Positions 27,738-37,225 of a stretch of 64,000 bases of DNA are shown in pieces (the first letter of the stretch is position 1; the number at the start of each line of letters is the position of its first letter). This DNA is from a virus. Its lineage: Duplodnaviria; Caudoviricetes. Made by a program: the position numbers and the translations under genes. The stretch lies in the IMG/VR virus record IMGVR_UViG_3300037041_001930. The stretch is one strand, 5' to 3'. A model generated the notes under the pieces. The model made no database searches and was not told the DNA's origin. It saw only the letters and a list, made by a program, of their open reading frames with translations.

Positions 27738-29788
27738 GAGTACATCTCAGAGCACAGCACGATGATCTTCTTCACGGAGTCATCACTGGAATCACAGATC
27801 TCGATCTCCCGGAACTTCAAGGGCAACGCGGCCTCCGCATTGGGGTTGCCATTCAGAATCGGGATGAGGTCCTGGTCATGATTGAGGATCAGGGCGTCAT
27901 CGAAGGTGCCCCCACTATCCGTGGTGTATCTCCAGGCCCAATCATGGGCCTGGTACTCCGTGGCGATGTCCCAGACGACCTTGCGGTAACGCTTGTCGTA
28001 GTCACCCACCCCCGCAGGTGAATGCGTACCAAACTCAGGGCACGTGTACCACTTCATCACCGTATAGTAGCCGTCTTGGACGTTGACGAGACCACCAATC
28101 ACGGTGTTTCCGGGGCCGAAGTCGTTCCCCTTGCTAACCGGTGTCCAGGACAGGCAGTAATCTTGGAGTTCAGCGAAATCGTAGGCATCACCAATACGGG
28201 CGTCATCCTCGTAATCCATGTAGAACACGAGTTGCCCCGGACGGGTGGGTGCCGTGAAATCCAATTCAGGTATCGTGGTCTGATCTGGGTTCCCCGCGAT
28301 GACGAGGTCGAGGCGCTTCATCACGAAGGCCCTGCGTTCATAGAGCTCAGAGGTGAACCAGGACATGACATCCCAGGATTCCGGGGCCTGGCCCAATGGG
28401 GCCTCTGGTGATGTCCCCTTCTCACCATCGGGGAGATCATCGGGATCCGGCATCACCGAGGGGCGATCACGGAACCTGAGCAGAGCAGTCGCCGTGGTGG
28501 GGTCATTGTAGTAGAACCAATCGAATGCGATCTCAGCGATGTTGAAGACCTCGGGGGACACCCCGGAATCGACACCGTACCGCCACGCCATGGCATGGTC
28601 GATTACGGGCTCCACGATCATGCACCACCCCTTGGTGTAGTGGCGGAAGATGGGCCGAGTCATCACGGCGTTGCCAGGGGGCTCCGAGGTCCACATCCCC
28701 GGGCTGTGGTCATCCGTGGGAGAGTTCTCGTAATTCGCCGCGGGGTCCAAGTAATACGTGGTGTGGCCTCTCAGGGGATGTGAGGCCGGGTTAATCCAGA
28801 AGCGACCCGAGACCACGACGGCGACGTTGCCATCGGCGTCCTGATCCGACCACAGGGCGACCCCGACTTCCTGCTGGGGATCCCTGACATTGACATTGGC
28901 GAACGTGGAGGCATCGCAGCTCGCGAGTTCCCATATCGCGGGGACGACATCGGTGCGGCGTGTCATAATCGCGGGCTGCACGATGTGTGCTGGGTTCTCG
29001 ACATTGTTGGGGGTATCTGGCTTCAACTTCAGGATCTTGGCATCCGGGGATCCCGAGGGCTTAATAGCCCAGACCGCGATGTGATCCGTGGACCCCGTGT
29101 CGACGTGGTGGATCATGGCGACCACGGGGCTCCAGACCTGAAGCGGTGGGGCATGGTAGTCATTCCAGCCATCCACGATTACGGGGTCACCCTCGGGGAA
29201 ATCTGTGCTGTCTGGCGTGAAGACATCGGGGTAGTACCCAAGGGGGATCCTGATGCCATCGGTCTCCTCCCCCTTGTCGCCATACATGGAGCCATCGGGG
29301 GCTATGAAAGCAAGACGGGCATAACGCCCCGGGAAGACGACCCCAGGACCGGCCTTGTTGGCTACTGCGAAACTCTGATCGGGGACCACGGCACCGGGGC
29401 CACCACCACTGAGTCCGAGGACGACGGCGTTGAACACCGCTGAGGTCGGGATCTCGACACAGGTGACCCCAGTGAACTCCCGGTACAACCGGATAACCAG
29501 GGCACCGGGTTCCCGGGCATGGGTGACATCTATCTCATAGGTCCGGCGGCCCTCGCCATCAATGGACACCGTGGCATCCAGGGTTCCAAAGAAGTAGATC
29601 GCGGCGGCGTACCAGGGCATCGGGGAGCCCGTTGATGATGTCACATGCGCGGGGATCCGGGTCGCCGTGAACTCACCGCTGAGGACCTCGACTTCGACTT
29701 CGCACGGGGGGTCGATGCCACCGGCGCCCCCAGGGGCCACGGAATCACGAATCTTACCGGTGAGCCGGCCCAGGTAGACATCAGCCAT
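27734..29788 (-). CDS. Large putative virion/tail protein
   Basis: 684-aa ORF, Asp/Pro/Trp-rich, beta-rich, in the structural gene block. Confidence 0.65.
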   Translation of the reverse strand: MADVYLGRLTGKIRDSVAPGGAGGIDPPCEVEVEVLSGEFTATRIPAHVTSSTGSPMPWYAAAIYFFGTLDATVSIDGEGRRTYEIDVTHAREPGALVIRLYREFTGVTCVEIPTSAVFNAVVLGLSGGGPGAVVPDQSFAVANKAGPGVVFPGRYARLAFIAPDGSMYGDKGEETDGIRIPLGYYPDVFTPDSTDFPEGDPVIVDGWNDYHAPPLQVWSPVVAMIHHVDTGSTDHIAVWAIKPSGSPDAKILKLKPDTPNNVENPAHIVQPAIMTRRTDVVPAIWELASCDASTFANVNVRDPQQEVGVALWSDQDADGNVAVVVSGRFWINPASHPLRGHTTYYLDPAANYENSPTDDHSPGMWTSEPPGNAVMTRPIFRHYTKGWCMIVEPVIDHAMAWRYGVDSGVSPEVFNIAEIAFDWFYYNDPTTATALLRFRDRPSVMPDPDDLPDGEKGTSPEAPLGQAPESWDVMSWFTSELYERRAFVMKRLDLVIAGNPDQTTIPELDFTAPTRPGQLVFYMDYEDDARIGDAYDFAELQDYCLSWTPVSKGNDFGPGNTVIGGLVNVQDGYYTVMKWYTCPEFGTHSPAGVGDYDKRYRKVVWDIATEYQAHDWAWRYTTDSGGTFDDALILNHDQDLIPILNGNPNAEAALPLKFREIEICDSSDDSVKKIIVLCSEMYS

Positions 29789-29806
29789 GGTGACCTCGTG
29801 AGGGCA

Positions 29807-30703
29807 TCATGGCTGAGTTGGCACCGGGGACAACTCGGCAAGGGCAGCGGTGATCTCCGATTTGTTGATCTCGATGATGTACGTGGCCTGGTCCTGGATC
29901 CCCGCGATGACCTCATAGTTCCCTGTCCGCGCACTCTCCCGGATCCCCATGGGGAACACAACAGACTTGATCTTCCGGGTCTCCCATGACGGCGGCGTCA
30001 GCCCACATGTCGCGATGAGTTCATCGGTGTCCAAGAACATGGGTTCGTAGGCGATGCCAGAGTTGTCCACGAAGCCCAGCCAGCCCTCGTAGACGTAGCC
30101 CTGCATGGTCAGCGTCGTGGTATGGAATGCTGCCAGCGACCACTCCGGAGTGATCCTAAGTGGTACGGAGCCCCCGCGGATATCAATCTCCAGGGGGCGC
30201 AGATTCTTGATGACTTCAAGCTCCCACCAGCACATGGTCTCCCGGCGTCCGGGGTGATAGATGATGACGTCGTCATGGGGGATCACGTTCTTGTGGCTGA
30301 CCCCTGGTGGTCTCGGGATCTCACGGATATCATAGACCTTCAGTTTGACGAGATCGAGGGGGGCATAGCGCTGCCCCCAGACCACACCACCTCGAGGGCC
30401 TCTCCCCGTCGCATACGCCCAGATCACGGCGGGCCCGAGATGGGGATGCCAGAACGGACGGACATCATGGGGTGCCATGCCCCCGGCTTCACCGAGTTCT
30501 ATCAAGTGGGTGTGAAAGCGAGTTGACTTCGTGGGCCTGGCGTCCAGGGGGCCCGAGATCAGCATGAAGGCCCGGGGACCGGCTTCATCCCGGATCCGCG
30601 CCGTCATGACTTCACCGGTGCGGAAATTACCATACCCCATGTTGTACGCCGAGATCTTCTCGATGCCGAACTCGCGCCAAGACTTTGGTTTGATGATCCT
30701 CAT
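29807..30703 (-). CDS. Five-bladed beta-propeller glycosidase/phosphorylase-like protein (GH43/GH130/DUF377 clan-like)
   Basis: YNMG, RPF, KNVIP, RGGSVPLRI..SLAAFH, YEGWLGF, VVFPMGI...EVIAGIQD follow the blade motifs of this superfamily. Confidence 0.65.
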   Translation of the reverse strand: MRIIKPKSWREFGIEKISAYNMGYGNFRTGEVMTARIRDEAGPRAFMLISGPLDARPTKSTRFHTHLIELGEAGGMAPHDVRPFWHPHLGPAVIWAYATGRGPRGGVVWGQRYAPLDLVKLKVYDIREIPRPPGVSHKNVIPHDDVIIYHPGRRETMCWWELEVIKNLRPLEIDIRGGSVPLRITPEWSLAAFHTTTLTMQGYVYEGWLGFVDNSGIAYEPMFLDTDELIATCGLTPPSWETRKIKSVVFPMGIRESARTGNYEVIAGIQDQATYIIEINKSEITAALAELSPVPTQP

Positions 30704-30709
30704 GCGTGG

Positions 30710-30898
30710 CTACAGCGGGGTGCCGTCATCATTGAGGATCTCGATAGCGGTGACCACACAGGTCATGCCGTCATGCCAGCGCTCGGTGAGCAGGCAGTCC
30801 GCGGACACCCCCTCCTCGAAGATCGTGCGCTTAATGGGGAGACACTTGCACGTACTGAAGTCCTGCTGATTGGACAACACAGTGATCTTGGTCTTCAT
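30710..30898 (-). CDS. Small hypothetical protein
   Basis: 62-aa ORF with SD AAGGA. Confidence 0.55.
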   Translation of the reverse strand: MKTKITVLSNQQDFSTCKCLPIKRTIFEEGVSADCLLTERWHDGMTCVVTAIEILNDDGTPL

Positions 30899-30956
30899 GG
30901 TTGATCCTTTGGTGGCGTATAAGTCATCCAGGCCCGGTACTTGTCGCAGCAGGACT

Positions 30957-31268
30957 TCAGGGAGTCTCGCAGCGCACGGGCTGTGTTGACGACGTAGGCA
31001 TAGACTGCGTAGGCGTAGAACATGGTTTATCTCGCTTGTTCAGAGTGATGAGGGTAATTATGAGGGCAGCCATCGCGAGTGAGAGGCCGGCGAGGGCGAT
31101 GCCCTTGGATACCTCGGAGTTCACATTGAACCAGTGGCCTCGGATCCCCGAGATCTCAAACCAGTGGTCTCGACGCCCACAGCGCTGGCAATCCCTGTGC
31201 TTGATGCTGATTGTCGTGGGTTGGAACACGATCCAGTCGTGACCTCTAAAGAAACATTTTAGGTTCAT
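30957..31268 (-). CDS. DUF1660-like Cys/His motif + transmembrane helix protein
   Basis: LKCFFRGHDW...DCQRCG followed by GIALAGLSLAMAALIITLITL. Confidence 0.65.
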   Translation of the reverse strand: MNLKCFFRGHDWIVFQPTTISIKHRDCQRCGRRDHWFEISGIRGHWFNVNSEVSKGIALAGLSLAMAALIITLITLNKRDKPCSTPTQSMPTSSTQPVRCETP

Positions 31269-31271
31269 GGG

Positions 31272-31571
31272 CTACCCCACTATGGATTCAATGACGTCTC
31301 TGCCGGCACGAGGCCCCCAGATGACGAGGTGGAAGAAACCGAAGCCCAGGGCCCCAGCACACGCCAGGGCGGCGCCGAGGTGCCACAGCGGCGACATCAG
31401 GATCTCGGACGTGGTTGTCGTACCCAGGTAGTCCGCGTGGGAGGGCGGCCCCGTGAGAACCATGATGACGTGGCCGAAGAACACCGCAGGGACCGCGAGG
31501 GCGAGCACGGGGCACAGCAGGGTGCCCAGGATGCCCCGGGTGATCGCTAAGACGAGCTGATGTGTGGTCAT
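31272..31571 (-). CDS. Small membrane protein
   Basis: Start MTTHQ (ATGA overlap); two or three hydrophobic segments. Confidence 0.6.
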   Translation of the reverse strand: MTTHQLVLAITRGILGTLLCPVLALAVPAVFFGHVIMVLTGPPSHADYLGTTTTSEILMSPLWHLGAALACAGALGFGFFHLVIWGPRAGRDVIESIVG

Positions 31572-31891
31572 GGCTTCTCTGCCTGAACTGGTGGTGGTGG
31601 GTTCGGGGTCTTGAAGCACAGAATAGGTGCAATGCACAGGAAGACGAAGAAGGCGAGGACAAACAGGAGGATCAGGATCACCTTCCATTTCGGGGGCTCG
31701 TAATCCGTGTTCTCCCAGGACCCCCGGGAAGAACCTCCCCACCCCGGCAACCAATACTGGGCGCGCCCGCATCTCATGCAGACCCTTACCGGGGGGTCAT
31801 AGGGTACCATGGGGTACGGAAAGATGTCCGCTGTGGTACGTGGGCGTGACTGTTCCCATTTATGGATGCCGAAGCAGCACAGTAAGCTCAT
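31568..31891 (-). CDS. DUF1660-like Cys/His motif + transmembrane helix protein, second paralogue
   Basis: LLCCFGIHKW...VCMRCG followed by VILILLFVLAFFVFLCIAPIL. Confidence 0.65.
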   Translation of the reverse strand: MSLLCCFGIHKWEQSRPRTTADIFPYPMVPYDPPVRVCMRCGRAQYWLPGWGGSSRGSWENTDYEPPKWKVILILLFVLAFFVFLCIAPILCFKTPNPPPPVQAEKP

Positions 31892-33069
31892 GACTCGACT
31901 CCCTCGGATAACGTGGCCGCCAGGGCCCACTCATTCGTTTTACCAGATTTGATCAGGAGCACGAGCTGGTGGATGTGGTGGACCCCCTGCTTACCCATGG
32001 TCTCCTTTATGTACCTTTGTTGGATGTCGAATCCAGGTGCACCCAGGACTACGGCGAGAACCCCTGCGGTATCACTGAGAACGAACTGAGCGGTCTCCTT
32101 GCAATACGCATCCGAGTAAAGAATGCGCGCCTTTTTATTCGCTATATTCGCAAGGGTGCTCTCACACACGTTAAAGCGGGATAGGTGTGGTTCATAGACG
32201 ATGAGCAGTTTTGTGTCCCGCAGCGCCGCCAGGGGGATCCCTGGGGACATCGCGGCGACAACTGCTTTGACCACAGTGGATACCCGGGTGTCCGGATCCG
32301 AGATACCAGAGACGATGGTTCCTAACAATGTCTCCGGAGAAAGGGACGTGAAGTCCTGGATGCCGGAGATATGAACCCCGCCTCGGAGGATATCCGCTGG
32401 GGTGAGCTCCGTGCTAATACCACCTGTATCTCTGATCTCTGGGGTACTCACCAAGGTGGCATTGTGCTCATAGGGCACCGAGGCTGCAGTGAGCTTGCGG
32501 GTCACCGCGACGACATGCCATGCCACGTTGTTCTCATTGTTGGAATCCACCATGATGTAGAGGTGGTCAACCGCAAGGTTTGTACCAAGGCCTGCCCATA
32601 GCCTCTTGAGCTTGGGAAAGATGTCCTTCATGGTTGTCGTGAGGTAGACTTGTGCTCTCTCGGCCTCCTGGAGCTGGGTGAACTCCATGTGCGTCTTCGC
32701 GTAGACATCACTGGATATCACATGCTTGCTCTCGAGGTCATCGACCAGGGAAGGCAGGGTGTGCTTCATGATGACTTCCACGAAACCCTCGCGATCCGAG
32801 TTCCTGGAAACCTGAACCATGGAGGTCGCCGGCAGGAAGGCGAACCTCTCGTCCTGGGAAACCAAGGTGGCATCACGAAGGCGCACCCAGGTGTCCACGA
32901 GAACCTGTCTCTGGGGATCATGGAGAGCGAACTCCTTCTCAAGGAGTTTGAGACGATGGCACTGATTGATGCCACCCATGAAGCCTAAATACCCGGAATC
33001 ACCGTGTGTGGTATCGGCTCGGCTATAGTTGAGGACATCCTTGATGGCCGTGTAGAGTTCAGGGGTCAT
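31888..33069 (-). CDS. Hypothetical protein, tandem family A member
   Basis: Start MTPELYTAIKDVL (ATGA overlap with the upstream gene); 393 aa. Confidence 0.7.
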   Translation of the reverse strand: MTPELYTAIKDVLNYSRADTTHGDSGYLGFMGGINQCHRLKLLEKEFALHDPQRQVLVDTWVRLRDATLVSQDERFAFLPATSMVQVSRNSDREGFVEVIMKHTLPSLVDDLESKHVISSDVYAKTHMEFTQLQEAERAQVYLTTTMKDIFPKLKRLWAGLGTNLAVDHLYIMVDSNNENNVAWHVVAVTRKLTAASVPYEHNATLVSTPEIRDTGGISTELTPADILRGGVHISGIQDFTSLSPETLLGTIVSGISDPDTRVSTVVKAVVAAMSPGIPLAALRDTKLLIVYEPHLSRFNVCESTLANIANKKARILYSDAYCKETAQFVLSDTAGVLAVVLGAPGFDIQQRYIKETMGKQGVHHIHQLVLLIKSGKTNEWALAATLSEGVES

Positions 33070-33722
33070 GATTGCTCTCCTTGGGGTTGGGCGGGGGTGG
33101 TGACCACGGGGAAGTCCCCGTTGGGTGTCGGGTTTCCGAGATCGACGCAACACGTGATGCGCTGGGTGTTCTCAACGATGACGACAAGGCACCACTGAAG
33201 CATCATGGAGTACCTGGAGTCCACAAATAGGATTGCCTTACGGAGCCGGGTTGGGTACCCAAGCCTGCCCACAGCGGCGGCGACCTCGGGGGCACACATG
33301 GCTACCATACGACGTGACATCTCGGCGGGGTCATGGAGGTGCCAGGGATCACTGGGGCTCCAGGTTTCCTTGGCGTAGACCTCGGAGCGCAGTGCACTCG
33401 TGAATGGTTTGCCGAGCCCAGAGTAATCCATACAGAAGTTTCCCACGCATGTCCGGATATTGAGAGGGTTGTCAAGTGCAGCATGGGGCATCTCAACAGT
33501 GAAGTCCCCGAGATCCATGCCGGTATCCTTGAACTCCTTGAAGATCCACGCCGACAGGGCCTCCTGAGGAGACCCCAGGTGCGCCCTATAGGCGTCGTGG
33601 AGATCGACGAGGAGCCCAACCATGTTGGCCTGCCTGACGTGCTCCGCGGGGTACACGAAGTTGCCATGACTCTTATGGGCGTCGAGGATGGCCTCGATGG
33701 CGTCGCGAAGTCTGGTGCTCAT
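33066..33722 (-). CDS. Hypothetical protein, tandem family A member
   Basis: Start MSTRLRDAIEAIL at 33722 (ATGA overlap); 218 aa. Confidence 0.7.
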   Translation of the reverse strand: MSTRLRDAIEAILDAHKSHGNFVYPAEHVRQANMVGLLVDLHDAYRAHLGSPQEALSAWIFKEFKDTGMDLGDFTVEMPHAALDNPLNIRTCVGNFCMDYSGLGKPFTSALRSEVYAKETWSPSDPWHLHDPAEMSRRMVAMCAPEVAAAVGRLGYPTRLRKAILFVDSRYSMMLQWCLVVIVENTQRITCCVDLGNPTPNGDFPVVTTPAQPQGEQS

Positions 33723-33940
33723 GGTTGGTCTCTCCTGGAGTCCAGGTAGTCGATGAATCTCTTGGTGGCCACATACATCCCGATCCCCCATGCACCGACG
33801 AGAGCATAGGCGAAACCAAAGGACATCGTCAGCTTGGGGTACGGGGAGACCCCGGTGATGCCGAGAACAAATAGGGAGACGCCTCCCGACACAATGATCA
33901 GCCCTAGGGCAAGGCCTTGCTTGGGTGTAGGTGGCTTCAT
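33719..33940 (-). CDS. Small two-TM membrane protein
   Basis: 73 aa, two hydrophobic helices, overlapping start/stop with both neighbours. Confidence 0.65.
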   Translation of the reverse strand: MKPPTPKQGLALGLIIVSGGVSLFVLGITGVSPYPKLTMSFGFAYALVGAWGIGMYVATKRFIDYLDSRRDQP

Positions 33941-34341
33941 GACTTAGCCTTCTCCGTAGAACGGAGCGCAGAAATAATGGAATCCGAGTAACCCGTGTTA
34001 AGGGCGATGTCATCTGCCTCGGCCTCTGCGGCTTTCTCGAGACGCTCGAGTCGAATCCACGCGTCTGTACCCTCTAGGATCTGCTGGGGAGCATGCGAGG
34101 TCTCAGTGACCACAAAGCAGGCCAGGAAGGCAGATGAATGCAAAACGAGCGCCTGCAGTGTATCCGTGGTATCTGGCAGAAGGGTAGCCTGGGCTACTGC
34201 GGCATCCAGGTTTCTCAGCCTTTCGCAGGACTCCGAACCATTCAAGACCTGACCTGGGGCGGAAAGCTCCGGTGGCAGCGTATAGTTCGAGATGACTAAG
34301 CCAACTGCTCTAAGCAGGGCTACGCGGGCGTCTAAGCTCAT
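33937..34341 (-). CDS. Hypothetical protein, tandem family A N-terminal motif
   Basis: Start MSLDARVALLRAVGLVISNY at 34341 behind SD GGAG. Confidence 0.6.
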   Translation of the reverse strand: MSLDARVALLRAVGLVISNYTLPPELSAPGQVLNGSESCERLRNLDAAVAQATLLPDTTDTLQALVLHSSAFLACFVVTETSHAPQQILEGTDAWIRLERLEKAAEAEADDIALNTGYSDSIISALRSTEKAKS

Positions 34342-34997
34342 GACTTCTCCTTTAGAGATGGTTTGGTTTTCTTCTTCGACTTCACCCAGTTCGCAGTTAC
34401 AACAACACACATGTCACCCATGCGATCCCGGAACAAGATGATCTCACCGAGGACCACACGGAACCCGGGGGCATGGAGTTCATTGAAATACTTTGCAGCC
34501 CCTGGCAGCGTGGAGTAGAGCAGGACCTTAGCAAGACTGACCATGTCATGGGAACTCCGCTCCCTGAGATACGATGACCTGATGACTGGGGAGCGCCACA
34601 CCGTGCAGTCGACATCCACACGCTCGAGCTGCACGGCCTTGGCATCATCATTGACATGCTCGACGCGCCGGGCACTCCACGTCGTGTTCTTATAGGCCAG
34701 ACAGCTCATTTCCTTGGAGAGCAGGTATTCCCCGTACTCGATGACCGTAGAGGCCACCGGGGTCTTCTCGCCCCTCCTGGCGTCCAGCTTCCGCTTCCAG
34801 TTCTGCCAACAGACATCAAGGGCACGCATGAGCTTGATGGACATCGCCCCGGTCTGCATCTGCTGGGGGGCCAGGCAGCCCTGAGGGGTCGGGTACGCCG
34901 CGATCACGGCTGCGATGGCATCACTGAGATCCCCTGAGCACCCCAGGAAGTCGTCATCTGGGGTCGAGGGCGGAGTCGTCATAGCTGATGAGGTCAT
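34338..34997 (-). CDS. Hypothetical protein, tandem family A member
   Basis: 219 aa containing LSDAIAAVIAAYP...LMRALD. Confidence 0.65.
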   Translation of the reverse strand: MTSSAMTTPPSTPDDDFLGCSGDLSDAIAAVIAAYPTPQGCLAPQQMQTGAMSIKLMRALDVCWQNWKRKLDARRGEKTPVASTVIEYGEYLLSKEMSCLAYKNTTWSARRVEHVNDDAKAVQLERVDVDCTVWRSPVIRSSYLRERSSHDMVSLAKVLLYSTLPGAAKYFNELHAPGFRVVLGEIILFRDRMGDMCVVVTANWVKSKKKTKPSLKEKS

Positions 34998-35051
34998 CGG
35001 GATCCCACTGTCTCGACGCTGGAGACTGTTGAGGGTTGGCGCCTACTGGCA

Positions 35052-35073
35052 TTCTGAATTCGTGAATTCAGAA
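35052..35073. repeat. Perfect inverted repeat TTCTGAATTC-GT-GAATTCAGAA
   Basis: 10-bp arms in the gap after the nuclease gene; possible terminator or protein-binding site. Confidence 0.55.
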
Positions 35074-35088
35074 CGGCAAAGCGTACTT

Positions 35089-35904
35089 TCATGATTTGGC
35101 CTCCACGGGGAGGAAGGTGTCGGGCTTGGAACCCGGGATGATGCCCTCGTAGTTCACCGGGGAGTGCCCGGCTTCTTTAGTCCCCCAGGTGCCCCGGACA
35201 CTCCAGGTATCCGTGGCGACATCATACTGGATCGCCGAGAACGCGGCCCGCTTCCCGTACTCCCGAATCGTGCGGCCGTCAGGCCTCCACCGGAACCCCA
35301 TCTCAGGGTTCGCCTTGAGATACTCGCGCTCCATGGCGACGACATCAAGGGTCAACACAGGCTTCCCCTGGGCCACTAAGTGCTTGTAGATCACGAGTTC
35401 CCGAAACCGGAACTCGGTGAACACGCGAGGTGAGCTCCTCCCTGGGGTTGTGTGCACCCTGGCTTCCTCACACATCAGGGGCTCCAGGGCACGCCGGCGC
35501 GCCGCCTTGTGGACATGCTGGGGTTTCCCTGGGATCACCTCGGTCTTGTAGACCAAGTGATGCCTCGTCGTCCCCTCGATGGGCTCATAGCTCTCGGAGA
35601 CCAGGATGCACCCGATACCCCGGAGCCCAGCGAGATCCTTGATCGCGAGGTGTGCCCAGCCCCGCTTCGGGAACGCGACATAGACGGCATCGTAGACCCC
35701 CTTGCGGACATGCTTCTCGGCTTGGGCGAGAACCCCGAGGTTCGCCGACGCCTTGACCTCGATGCCGATGAGACGCCCCTGGGGGTCCACCGCGGAGATA
35801 TCACAGAGGGCGCCGAGCTCGGGGTACACCGTCCACCCCTGGGCGACGAGCTCCCGGGAAACTGTAACAGCGACGCGTTCTTCTGGGGGGACATACGTGG
35901 GCAT
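35089..35904 (-). CDS. PD-(D/E)xK nuclease-family protein
   Basis: WTVYPEL..LCDISAVDPQGRLIGIEVKASANLGVLAQAEK...YVAFP...GIGCILV. Confidence 0.8.
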   Translation of the reverse strand: MPTYVPPEERVAVTVSRELVAQGWTVYPELGALCDISAVDPQGRLIGIEVKASANLGVLAQAEKHVRKGVYDAVYVAFPKRGWAHLAIKDLAGLRGIGCILVSESYEPIEGTTRHHLVYKTEVIPGKPQHVHKAARRRALEPLMCEEARVHTTPGRSSPRVFTEFRFRELVIYKHLVAQGKPVLTLDVVAMEREYLKANPEMGFRWRPDGRTIREYGKRAAFSAIQYDVATDTWSVRGTWGTKEAGHSPVNYEGIIPGSKPDTFLPVEAKS

Positions 35905-36102
35905 GGCATCACTTTCAATTCAAGATTCGTAGGTCTGGATGACCCCATACCGCAGACAGTGGTTTCGCGGGGTCGACTAAATAGTAATAAAATACATGAA
36001 GATATGTTTGATCGCCCACGTATTTTTGTCGGTACTGCTAGCGTGGTTTACTCAGAGTAATCCTCGTTCACGAAATGCAAGAGGCCTGGGTGACCCATAG
36101 AT

Positions 36103-36150
36103 AAAAAAAAGGGGCAGCACTGATCCCCTCGCGGAGACCAGTGCTGTCCT
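36103..36150 (-). terminator. Intrinsic terminator
   Basis: GGCAGCACTG...CAGTGCTGTC stem with an A8 tract on the plus strand (U-tract on the minus). Confidence 0.75.
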
Positions 36151-36169
36151 CAGTTGTCATCTCGTGTCC

Positions 36170-36433
36170 TCAGCCGTCATCCTCGACGATGCCGGCGGGG
36201 AACTGGGACACGAAAGCCTCAACCCTCCCGGTTAAGCAGGCATACGAGGATTCGATCTCCTTGAGGCGCTTCTGGTAATACATGATGACCTCGACGAAAG
36301 CGGCATCCCGTGTCTTCGCCCGCATGGCCAGATTCATGCCGCGGGTCTCATCATAGATCCAGAAGCCATCGTGGCATTCCGAGAGCGCTAGGGTGGGACT
36401 GAGTTCAGTGTGGGATATCGGGGGTCTCGCCAT
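36170..36433 (-). CDS. Conserved-looking small phage protein
   Basis: Start MARPPISHTELSPTLALSECHDGFWIYDETRGMNL at 36433; the longer ORF-track start is a shadow of the upstream gene. Confidence 0.65.
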   Translation of the reverse strand: MARPPISHTELSPTLALSECHDGFWIYDETRGMNLAMRAKTRDAAFVEVIMYYQKRLKEIESSYACLTGRVEAFVSQFPAGIVEDDG

Positions 36434-36923
36434 CTCTGGGCTCCTTGGGCTCCGGGGGTTCCGCCCCGATCTTGGTGTACCAATCACAGCGCATCGCGGC
36501 GACAGCGGCGAGGACATCCCTGGCGCGTTGGAGTCTGGACTCCGCGGATGCCACTTCAGTCTTCGCACGACAACACAGGTAAGCCCAGGCGTCATCCCAG
36601 GTATCGAAGTAGCGGTACTTGGTCTCATCGCAGTGGAAGCGCCTCTGGACCCCGTAATGAGGGAATCGTCGGTGGCCACCCCCGTAGAAGTTCCTGACCC
36701 CCTGGAAGTAATCCCTCCCATCAACCCTGACCTTCTCGGTGTACGGGATTTTGAGGATGGCGAGCTCACTGATATCAATGGGGCCCGACTTCTCGACCTG
36801 AAAGGCGAAGAGAACACGGGGCTCCTGGGGCTTGGTAAAGTCGACAACCCCCTCTTTAGTGCGCGGGAACTCCACGCGACCATTCTTCAGGGCCTCCTTG
36901 ACGTTTATCTTTTCTGTGCTCAT
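36405..36923 (-). CDS. Hypothetical protein
   Basis: Start MSTEKIN at 36923, ATGA overlap. Confidence 0.65.
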   Translation of the reverse strand: MSTEKINVKEALKNGRVEFPRTKEGVVDFTKPQEPRVLFAFQVEKSGPIDISELAILKIPYTEKVRVDGRDYFQGVRNFYGGGHRRFPHYGVQRRFHCDETKYRYFDTWDDAWAYLCCRAKTEVASAESRLQRARDVLAAVAAMRCDWYTKIGAEPPEPKEPRDGETPDIPH

Positions 36924-37225
36924 CCCGGGGTCCCCCCATCTAAGCGCTCGAGGACCTGACTGCGATGCCATCCCGAGGGCATGTTAGCGGCGAGCCATTT
37001 GAGGTCTTCCAGAGTCATCTCATCCAGGGAGTACACGATGACTCTGAAGGGCTCATGATTGTAGATCTTGGCCATGAGGGCCTTGAACTCCGGAAGTGTC
37101 CGGAGATCCTCGAGCTGGGGGTTCCTGAAGACTGTCCGGCTCACATAGCTCAGGAAGTAGTCGGTGTCGTACTGAACCTTATTGGCCTTGTAGGCCTCGA
37201 TCAGGGGGTGGTAGACGATGGGCAT
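36920..37225 (-). CDS. Tandem family B (HPxxxAYKANKxxYD) member 4
   Basis: HPLIEAYKANKVQYDTDYFL...PEFKALM...EPF...LEDLKWL. Confidence 0.75.
   Translation of the reverse strand: MPIVYHPLIEAYKANKVQYDTDYFLSYVSRTVFRNPQLEDLRTLPEFKALMAKIYNHEPFRVIVYSLDEMTLEDLKWLAANMPSGWHRSQVLERLDGGTPG

Noticed and set aside
36170-36883. 237-aa ORF as called in the track
   Set aside because: Its 5' part overlaps the 36405-36923 gene in another frame and reads as Ser/Pro/Arg-rich junk; only the last 87 aa look real.
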